DNA of 32,000 nucleotides, taken from Candidatus Saccharimonadota bacterium (GTDB lineage Bacteria; Patescibacteriota; Gracilibacteria; UBA1369; 2-02-FULL-48-14). The notes under the pieces are model-generated. The model worked only from the letters and a program-made list of their open reading frames with translations, did not search any database and was not told the DNA's origin. Position 1 is the stretch's first letter. Every line of letters starts with the position of its first letter. A program made the position numbers and the translations under genes. The stretch lies in the NCBI GenBank assembly GCA_041661045.1, contig JBAZVE010000001.1, positions 1,284,578-1,316,577 on the forward strand, written 5' to 3'. Shown here piece by piece: positions 17,245-23,863 of the stretch.

Positions 17245-17304
17245 ATCCATTCGGGAACTTAGCGTTTCCATTTGATATTTGTATGTGTACAATATTACTC
17301 ATCT

Positions 17305-18312
17305 ATGTCTCCTTATAAATACATTGCCACTCTCGATACTCCACGGGCGGAAGACTTGTATAGGCCTGAGGGGATTACTTCGTTCCCTGTTGGGAATCAG
17401 TTTAACCTGGATTCCTTCAATGCTGGCTGGAAGGGAGATGTACATATCTTGAGAACTGAACGAGCCGAGATGGTGAGAGCTATTACGGATGCGGGTATTC
17501 CTTTGTTGGTCTTACCTCAACTTTTAAGTACCTTTAAGAGAGCCAATGGCATGTCTGAGGCAATTGAATATGTAAGAGACCCTGTTTCGGTTTCCCGTGA
17601 TGGACGCATGCTTTTGTTCAAAATGAGCGCAGAGACTAGACGGATGGAACCCCAGATCCATGCCTTGTTTGCTGAGGCTCTTGGCTTAAAAGCTGTTCAT
17701 GCTCAGGCAGGACTCAATGAAGGGGGCAATTCGCGCGTGTTGAATATTAAAGGGGAACCCTGGATTTTTGCTTCTACTTCTGTGCGTTCCGACCTGAATG
17801 GCCTCACCGAACAAGCTGATTTTTTAGGCATTCCAGAAACAAACAGAATTTTCCTTGAACTTACTGATGGGTTCCATTTTGATTGTGCTTTCATGCCAGT
17901 GGTAGATGGCAATGAGACGCTTCATGTCGCTAGTTCTATGGATGCATTCTCAGACAAATCTAGACAAACAATTGAGAGAACTGTTTCTGATCTTGAAGGG
18001 GAATTGCATGAATTGGATAGCACAGATGTAGAGCTGATGGCCCCCAATCAACTCTTTACTGGTAGTCATATTTTTAGAACCGAACCTTTTGTCAATCAGA
18101 GCCTTGAAGCTCGTTGGACTTCTCTCCCTGGAATCGGTGTGTCCACCTTTCCCTTGACTCAAAACCGACGCACTGGGGGGCAAGTCCACTGCCTAACACA
18201 GGAGGTTTATGTGCCAGAACCTTTGGATCCTCAATCTATTCGCGCTGCGCTTTCCAGACATTCTGATGTTTTTGGCGATAACCCTGAGGTGAAAATTTTC
18301 AATAACTATTAA
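17305..18312 (+). CDS. Divergent pentein-fold guanidino-group-modifying enzyme (amidinotransferase / deiminase superfamily)
   Basis: Ordered motifs YVRDP, NEGGNSRVL (EGG-type), FHFDCAF (HxD-type catalytic His) and the C-terminal GGQVHCLTQ (GGxxHC nucleophile; Cys codon 18190-18192). Start moved to ATG 17305. No subfamily could be assigned. Confidence 0.6.
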   Translation: MSPYKYIATLDTPRAEDLYRPEGITSFPVGNQFNLDSFNAGWKGDVHILRTERAEMVRAITDAGIPLLVLPQLLSTFKRANGMSEAIEYVRDPVSVSRDGRMLLFKMSAETRRMEPQIHALFAEALGLKAVHAQAGLNEGGNSRVLNIKGEPWIFASTSVRSDLNGLTEQADFLGIPETNRIFLELTDGFHFDCAFMPVVDGNETLHVASSMDAFSDKSRQTIERTVSDLEGELHELDSTDVELMAPNQLFTGSHIFRTEPFVNQSLEARWTSLPGIGVSTFPLTQNRRTGGQVHCLTQEVYVPEPLDPQSIRAALSRHSDVFGDNPEVKIFNNY

Positions 18313-18315
18313 AAG

Positions 18316-18426
18316 TTACACTCTCAAAATCTTTTCCATTGGCCGGCCTTTGGCGAGTTCATCCACCAGTTTATCTAGGTAGCGGATTTTTTGCATGAGT
18401 TCTCGGTGATTGCTCCTGGCGTACAT
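18316..18426 (-). pseudogene. Remnant of the 3' end of a DUF2200 gene (36-codon ORF)
   Basis: Minus-strand reading [36 protein letters not shown]-stop. The last 27 codons are collinear with the C terminus of the intact DUF2200 gene at 19325-19675 ([27 protein letters not shown]). Confidence 0.6.
18317..18399. repeat. Direct repeat copy 1 (83 bp)
   Basis: Aligns base for base with 19326-19408 at a constant offset of 1,009 bp. 75/83 identical by hand alignment, no indels. Confidence 0.9.
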
Positions 18427-19317
18427 TGACGGATTATACTTTCTATGTTAAAAATAAGGCTCAACTCAACCATTCCTTTATGTCATCAGAAAGAATTCGT
18501 CTGGAGTATCAAAAGAAAACACTAGAGCTTCAGAGGCATGCTGATATTTCTCGAGCTGGGATGCCTCGTCCTCTTCAAGTTTCATTACACGCTGCAGAAG
18601 ATATCCTTGCCCCCATAGATTCTGTGCGTAAAGATTTTGCCTTGGCCTATGCCCCCCATCGGGTGTTTAAAGAATATGCACCCAAAGGTGCAGAGGCATT
18701 TCTGGATGTTCGGAGTCATATTATTCATTTTTCTGATGCATTGCTTCGTATGCATGGAGATATTCCCTCTCGTGTTATCGTATGTTATCGTACACGAACA
18801 AGTGCATGGGAGTACTGTTGGACTCAACGATGGCAACATTACTAATGTGGGCTTTGCAAGGATATCCCAACCTCTTCCGTACGAGCCACTTCAAGCTGGC
18901 ATTTACAGTGTGAAAATTATTGGAAGAGGAAAAGAGAGTGAAGGAATTCTCCCTGTTGATCCTGATGAATTGAGGATTACAGAGATTTTAACAGATCTGG
19001 TTTCCTATCTTTTACTGCCTTATCCTTTTATATACGCGGTTAGTGATAAGCCGCTTAAGGATTTTTCTCTTATAACTTCAAATCATGTCTTTAAGGCTTT
19101 TTTTGATTCGATAGGTGTGCCGTTTGTAGAGGAAATGATAGGCATAATGAAATCGGGTGACTTGGAAAATTATCAACTTTTCCTCCAAAGAATCGCTGCA
19201 TACGCCACAACAGGAGTCAGTCGTCAGTTTCAAGCGGCAATTTGTAGAGAATTCCAGTTGGAGAGACTCCTTGATCCAACTAGAGTTTATGATGGAGTCT
19301 TGGGCCAGGTACGGTGA
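18426..19317 (+). pseudogene. HExxH putative zinc metallopeptidase disrupted by a +1 frameshift
   Basis: Tracked ORFs 18426-18845 and 18637-19317 overlap in frames that differ by +1. Deleting one copy of the 10-bp tandem duplication joins them as ..GDIPSRVIV-HEQVHGSTVG.. (HEQVH at 18793-18807). The true start may be ATG 18480. Confidence 0.65.
18773..18792 (+). repeat. Perfect 10-bp tandem duplication TGTTATCGTA x2
   Basis: 18773-18782 is identical to 18783-18792. A 10-bp insertion shifts the frame by +1, exactly at the junction of the two overlapping ORFs. Confidence 0.95.
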
Positions 19318-19324
19318 GTTCTGC

Positions 19325-19675
19325 CTACTCTCTCAAAATCTTTTCCATTGCCCTGCCTTTGGCGAGTTCATCGATCAATTTGTCTAGATAGCGGATTTTT
19401 TGCATGAGGGGGTCCTTGATTTCTTCTACGCGCCAACCGCAGATTAAACCTGTAATTTCTGAGACCTTTGGATTGAGCTCAGGGGCTTCTTCAAAAAAAG
19501 TTCTGAAATCGCTGCCTTTGTCGATTTGCTGCTGTAATTCTTTTGGGCTGTAGCCTGTTAGCCAGCAAATGATGGCATCCACCTCCGCCTTTGAGCGGCC
19601 TTTTTTCTCCGCTTTTTTAATATACAGTGGGTAGACACTGGCGAACGACATTGAAAATATTCTGGTGTTTTCCAT
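19325..19675 (-). CDS. DUF2200-family protein
   Basis: 116 aa. [59 protein letters not shown] matches the remembered DUF2200 consensus almost motif for motif. Confidence 0.85.
   Translation of the reverse strand: MENTRIFSMSFASVYPLYIKKAEKKGRSKAEVDAIICWLTGYSPKELQQQIDKGSDFRTFFEEAPELNPKVSEITGLICGWRVEEIKDPLMQKIRYLDKLIDELAKGRAMEKILRE
19326..19408. repeat. Direct repeat copy 2 (83 bp, within the 3' end of the intact DUF2200 gene)
   Basis: See copy 1; 75/83 identity at an offset of 1,009 bp. Confidence 0.9.
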
Positions 19676-19704
19676 GTGTTTTATAATACACTGGCGTCAA
19701 TGCT

Positions 19705-19733
19705 TTGACTAGCAAGCCATTAATCACTAATTC
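19705..19733 (+). promoter_or_regulatory. Putative promoter TTGACT-N17-TAATTC
   Basis: -35 at 19705-19710 and -10 at 19728-19733, with 7 nt to ATG 19741. Confidence 0.3.
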
Positions 19734-19740
19734 AAATAAA

Positions 19741-19947
19741 ATGGGAAACCCAAAAGAAGAACCCGAAGTGGATGCTCCGCCCACAGCTGAGCCCGCATGG
19801 CATGATTTAGTTAGGAAGCAAGTCGCAGCTGCGGAAAAAGATGGGGGTCAAGAGGATGGGTGGGTTAATATAGGGGGTGGGGTGGAGCTCGCGGACTCAC
19901 AACAATCAGTTAGGCGTGCCGCCAGAGGCATGCTTTTTCTTGATTGA
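19741..19947 (+). CDS. Hypothetical small protein (uncertain)
   Basis: 68-aa ORF from ATG 19741 (MGNPKEEPE..). Its 3' end overlaps the convergent gene by 42 bp. No motif recognised. Confidence 0.3.
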   Translation: MGNPKEEPEVDAPPTAEPAWHDLVRKQVAAAEKDGGQEDGWVNIGGGVELADSQQSVRRAARGMLFLD

Positions 19948-20637
19948 ACCGATCTGTAAAAAAGTTTCTTTAAAAGTTTTGGCGGCTTTTTTGTAGGAGG
20001 CTTTGCTTTCATCTTTTGAGTCTTGCGTGAACTGCCAGTTCCAGAAAAGTTCATCTTTGATCTTGAAACCGAAAAAGTCCAGAACCTGTTTTTGCGTGGC
20101 GAGGGCTTCGGCTCCGTTCCAGTTTTGTCCCACCACAATCAGGCCCGCATCGATGTTTTTTAAGATGTTTGCTTCGCCCAAGGTCGAATGTCTGTTTTCC
20201 AGCCAGGTGAGCCGTTCGATCAATTTTTGGTAGTAGGAATTCAGTTGCCCCCAGCGGACCGAGGCGAAGAAAACCACGGCATCGGATTCCAAAAGTGCTT
20301 TACTGACCTTCCACAGCTCGTCGCCCGGATTGTTCAAACTGGCCCAACAGCGATGATGACCCGATGGATTTTTCTTGAAATCCTTTAAAATCGCGTCCTT
20401 CACTCCACAGGTATTTCCTCTTTCCGTGGAGACATTTCCCTCACAAGGAAAGATTTTAAGTTTCGTGGTGTCCAGGATGGTCACTTTGTCCTCGCCAATT
20501 TCCTTTGCCAGCTTGTGGGCCAAGGCCGTGCTTTTGGGCATTTCACCCCCCTTCTCCCCGGACCATCGATTCGAGGTCGTTAGAAAAAGGATTTTGGACT
20601 TGGTTTTTAAGTAATCTAGGGTGTGTTTAGCTTTCAT
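19906..20637 (-). CDS. Flavodoxin-like fold NAD(P)H-dependent FMN reductase family protein (tentative)
   Basis: KILFLTTSNRW..PKSTALAHKL N-terminal loop and SDAVVFFASVRWGQLNSYYQKLIERL resemble the flavodoxin-like reductase pattern. From motif memory only. Confidence 0.5.
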   Translation of the reverse strand: MKAKHTLDYLKTKSKILFLTTSNRWSGEKGGEMPKSTALAHKLAKEIGEDKVTILDTTKLKIFPCEGNVSTERGNTCGVKDAILKDFKKNPSGHHRCWASLNNPGDELWKVSKALLESDAVVFFASVRWGQLNSYYQKLIERLTWLENRHSTLGEANILKNIDAGLIVVGQNWNGAEALATQKQVLDFFGFKIKDELFWNWQFTQDSKDESKASYKKAAKTFKETFLQIGSIKKKHASGGTPN

Positions 20638-20735
20638 GGGTGGAGGGATACTGAGAAGAGTTTAGCACTTTTTATGAAGTCTTGTGAACTTTCTGAGCCC
20701 TGGTGTATTGTTTCCACATCCTCTTACCTACAACC

Positions 20736-20987
20736 ATGGAACTCCTGCCTATCGTCTCCATTGTTCTTGAGCTGGTGATTGCTGTGTTGGCGCTGCTTGC
20801 CGCTGTGCGCGGGCGCTTGACCATGCTCGGTTTGGCGCTTACTTTTGGTATTTATGTTTACTACGATTTGGCAAGGCTCTATGAATGGTCTGTTTCGGAA
20901 TCTTTGCTTTCGGTCCTTTTTTTGATCGCGACACTGGCAGCCTTGGTCTCGGTTTTTGGTATTTTTAAGGCCGGTTTAAAAAAGTAG
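20736..20987 (+). CDS. Small membrane protein (about three hydrophobic segments)
   Basis: Start moved to ATG 20736 (MELLPIVSIVLELVIAVLALLAAV..). 83 aa. Confidence 0.55.
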   Translation: MELLPIVSIVLELVIAVLALLAAVRGRLTMLGLALTFGIYVYYDLARLYEWSVSESLLSVLFLIATLAALVSVFGIFKAGLKK

Positions 20988-21372
20988 CAATGAGCTCTTT
21001 CAGGACGGCGAGATTGATGTCCGATAATCGTTTGATGTAAAGGCAGGAACCGCCACTTATTTTGTGCTTTCCAATTTTTTCCAGAAGTTTTTCCCGACCC
21101 TTGAAGCCGGACATGATGTAGAGCGTTAAATTTTGTTTTCGTGGAGAAAATCCGGTGAGAGGCCAGTCTCCCTCCTGTTTGCTCCGTTCCGATTTGTAAT
21201 GGTAAGAGCCAAAACCCACAATACTGCTCCCCCACATGGCGGGCTTTTCTTTAGTCACTTCCTCAAAAATCTTCACCAGTTCTTGGCAATCTTTTCGTTT
21301 TTCTTCGTCTTCAATTGTGTTCAAAAAGGCGGATACACTTGCCGTGGTTTTTTGGGTTTTGAGTTCCGCCAT
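20965..21372 (-). CDS. DUF1801 (YdhG-like) domain protein
   Basis: VSAFLNTIEDEEKRKDCQELVKIFEEVT..PAMWGSSIVGFGSYHYKSERSKQEGDWPLTGFSPRKQNLTLYI matches the DUF1801 pattern. Confidence 0.75.
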   Translation of the reverse strand: MAELKTQKTTASVSAFLNTIEDEEKRKDCQELVKIFEEVTKEKPAMWGSSIVGFGSYHYKSERSKQEGDWPLTGFSPRKQNLTLYIMSGFKGREKLLEKIGKHKISGGSCLYIKRLSDINLAVLKELIATFLNRP

Positions 21373-21401
21373 AAAGAGTGGGTGAAAAAGGATACTTGAA
21401 G

Positions 21402-22595
21402 CTAGGCCCTTTCTATCGTTCGTGTTCGGCCATCGGAGATGATGCGGACTTGGTCTCCGGTGACGAATCCTGAGTAAGCGGCAGTAGTTCTGGATAAATC
21501 AACCAAACCATAGGGCCTAAGCAGAACCTCTTGTGCAGCACGCGTGTTTTGATGACTTAGATAAGGCTTATCTTTAGGCTTATAGCCTACCATTTTGGTG
21601 GTTTGATCACTCAGTGTCAACGGTTGGGTTACGCCGGAGGTCTCCAATACAAATAAGTAAGGGACTCCTGGATTTTCGTCCTCAAAAATTCCGGCCTCAA
21701 TCCGCGTCCCTGCATGTAAAACTGTACACACCATTCCATCGCTTGGGGTAATGCCGAGGATTCTTCCCGCGATGTACTGATTTTGATCCAGGCTGAAATC
21801 CGGAGTTCTTCTTTGTGCAAAAAGGCGCAGTTGGAGTATCCAGTGCAAGGCGCCCTCCCCTCTACAGGCTCCTTCAAGCTGATAAGCTTCCGTTTCGTCG
21901 TCTAAAATCCCCCATTCTCGAATCTGCTCCCGTGTACGCATTGCTGTAGAGAATCTATCTGGGCGAAATATACCTTTTCTCAGGAAAGAAAATCCTTGTG
22001 CCTCCGCCCCACCTTCAAAATCTCTGTCTTCACTTGTACTCAAGTTCCCGCTTTCCTTATAGCTTATGGCGTCGTCAAGTGGCTTGGCAATATCCACCAT
22101 GGTGAACTCGGAACGATTGGGATGATCGGTGACGGTGGAGTGTGGGAAAGGAACCTGAGGGGAAAAGGCGATGGTGACTTTATCCGGATCAAAATCTATT
22201 CCTTCCTTTCTTGCAAAGGCTAAAAACCTTGGGTCTAAGAGTTTCTCGTAAAAGCTTCTTGCAATACTTGCAGGCAAGTTGCCACCCTCTAGAGTCTCCA
22301 CTGGGATATGAGAAAGTGTTGGCATGGCGTCCACCAGCCCTTCCCAGTCTCCACGGCCTCCACGGCCCGGGTAACTTGTGCGGGCAATGTATTGATCCGT
22401 TTTCAATTCTTCGCACGCCGCTGCGATGGCTCTGCACAGCTCCGGCACCTGTCTTTTGGTATGCAAATCTCCCAAGACCTCTATTTCCATGGGAGGCACC
22501 AGCTGCGGTCCACCTGGTATTTTTTCTCGTATGAAGAGGAGAGGGCCGTTTTTGCCCCCGTAGGTGTCGATGTATTCCCTTAAAATGCGATCCAT
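21402..22595 (-). CDS. Hypothetical protein, 397 aa, no confidently recognised family
   Basis: Long uninterrupted ORF with its own promoter-like element. See findings for weak ATP-grasp/PEP-utilising-like resemblances. Confidence 0.7.
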   Translation of the reverse strand: MDRILREYIDTYGGKNGPLLFIREKIPGGPQLVPPMEIEVLGDLHTKRQVPELCRAIAAACEELKTDQYIARTSYPGRGGRGDWEGLVDAMPTLSHIPVETLEGGNLPASIARSFYEKLLDPRFLAFARKEGIDFDPDKVTIAFSPQVPFPHSTVTDHPNRSEFTMVDIAKPLDDAISYKESGNLSTSEDRDFEGGAEAQGFSFLRKGIFRPDRFSTAMRTREQIREWGILDDETEAYQLEGACRGEGALHWILQLRLFAQRRTPDFSLDQNQYIAGRILGITPSDGMVCTVLHAGTRIEAGIFEDENPGVPYLFVLETSGVTQPLTLSDQTTKMVGYKPKDKPYLSHQNTRAAQEVLLRPYGLVDLSRTTAAYSGFVTGDQVRIISDGRTRTIERA

Positions 22596-22614
22596 AATCT
22601 CAATTTATGGGCTT

Positions 22615-22643
22615 ATTTAAGCGGATTGTGTTGGACTAGTCAA
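22615..22643 (-). promoter_or_regulatory. Putative promoter of the 397-aa gene
   Basis: Minus strand: TTGACT (22643..22638), 17-nt spacer, TTAAAT (22620..22615), 19 nt upstream of ATG 22595. Confidence 0.4.
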
Positions 22644-22698
22644 AAATAATGGATCTGTGTTAGGCTTGGATGGAAGTTTAACTTTTAACAAAAATTTT

Positions 22699-22905
22699 AT
22701 GGGGAGAACTGAAGGTGAGGTTCGGGGCGTGCACCTGGATGAAGAAAATGTCGAGGCGGCAAGAGCACAGCTTGCACACTTGGGCCAAGGCAAAAGGGAG
22801 CCCTTGACCATCGCTCATATCGATCAGAAGGCCAAAGAGGCCGGGGCGGATGGTGATCTTCATCGCTGGTTGGTCCAGACTTTTAGTTCGGGAGAGCCTC
22901 TTTAA
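22699..22905 (+). CDS. Hypothetical small protein (uncertain)
   Basis: 68-aa ORF from ATG 22699. Its 3' end overlaps the convergent gene by 23 bp. No motif recognised. Confidence 0.3.
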   Translation: MGRTEGEVRGVHLDEENVEAARAQLAHLGQGKREPLTIAHIDQKAKEAGADGDLHRWLVQTFSSGEPL

Positions 22906-23809
22906 ATCCGCTGTTGAAGAAATCCGGATCGATGGTGCGATCGAAGCAGAAGTTTCCGGCGGAATAGGCCCACGGGTTTTGAGGTAAGGTCTCGTTGGGG
23001 ACGGGCTCATAATCTTCGGAGAATTTTGCGCAGAGGGTGAAGGAAAGAGGGCCGGTTGCCGTGTAGGTGTAGTTTTCTTTGGTCTCCGGATCCACAGGCA
23101 ATTGGAAGTAATAAATGTCCCTCTCCAAATCGCTCAACTGAGTGGGCAGCGTATTTTTTTCGCGCCAATAATTTCCGACTTCATATTCAATGTTTTGCAA
23201 ATCCATGACCCTTTGTTCGTCTAAACGGACCGCGCGTTGATGTGCAGGGCTTCCCGCCAAGACAAAGCCCACTCCCAGTGTTAACACCAGGACGGATGAG
23301 CTGAGCACCGTGAGTATTTTTGCCACTTTTGAGTTGATCCCCTCTTTGCGCAGATCCCAGGAAAAATAGGAAAAAGTGACGATGCTGAGCACCAAAACCG
23401 TCAAGAGTTTTAGGAAAAATGGAAGGGTCAAAGCGCCGCTGTAAAAGCTGTTCACAAACTGAACCAAGTCCACCACCATGGTGATGCCGGCCACAAATAG
23501 AGTGAGGTAAACGAGCCAACGGCGGATGCTGATGTGTCTTTCGCTCGGATCACTTTTGAACGCTTTGCGAATAAACCAAGAGCTCAAAATAAAAACTGGA
23601 AAGGTGATGAAAAGGATGGAGGAGGCCATGCGAATGCTGTCGTAGGATCCGCTGTATCCGATGAGTTCGTCGGGGAAAAGGAGATCAATATACTGAACCA
23701 GCAGCGTCACAAAACTGATCACAGTGACGAAGTACATCACCATCATCATGAGATGCAAAAAAACTTGATAAGGCGTGGACCTTGGGCGGGGCTCATGGGA
23801 GTGTTCCAT
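22883..23809 (-). CDS. DUF5671-like polytopic membrane protein with C-terminal pseudopilin-like globular domain
   Basis: N-terminal half has 5-6 hydrophobic helices (YQVFLHLMMMVMYFVTVISFVTLLVQYIDLLFPD.. pattern). The C-terminal RLDEQRVMDLQNIEYEVGNYWREKNTLPTQLSDL..PVDPETKENYTYT..FTLCAKF resembles pilin-type domains. From memory only. Confidence 0.6.
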   Translation of the reverse strand: MEHSHEPRPRSTPYQVFLHLMMMVMYFVTVISFVTLLVQYIDLLFPDELIGYSGSYDSIRMASSILFITFPVFILSSWFIRKAFKSDPSERHISIRRWLVYLTLFVAGITMVVDLVQFVNSFYSGALTLPFFLKLLTVLVLSIVTFSYFSWDLRKEGINSKVAKILTVLSSSVLVLTLGVGFVLAGSPAHQRAVRLDEQRVMDLQNIEYEVGNYWREKNTLPTQLSDLERDIYYFQLPVDPETKENYTYTATGPLSFTLCAKFSEDYEPVPNETLPQNPWAYSAGNFCFDRTIDPDFFNSGFKEALPN

Positions 23810-23863
23810 AACGATGGGGTAAGAAAGTGATGTCGCTTACGCGTGTCTTTAACAATAGCAAAA

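Noticed and set aside
18637-18792. N-terminal 52 codons of tracked ORF 18637-19317 and C-terminal 18 codons of ORF 18426-18845, treated as genuine separate proteins
   Set aside because: Both are out-of-frame readings created by the 10-bp tandem duplication. Only the fused reading places HExxH in a coherent protein.
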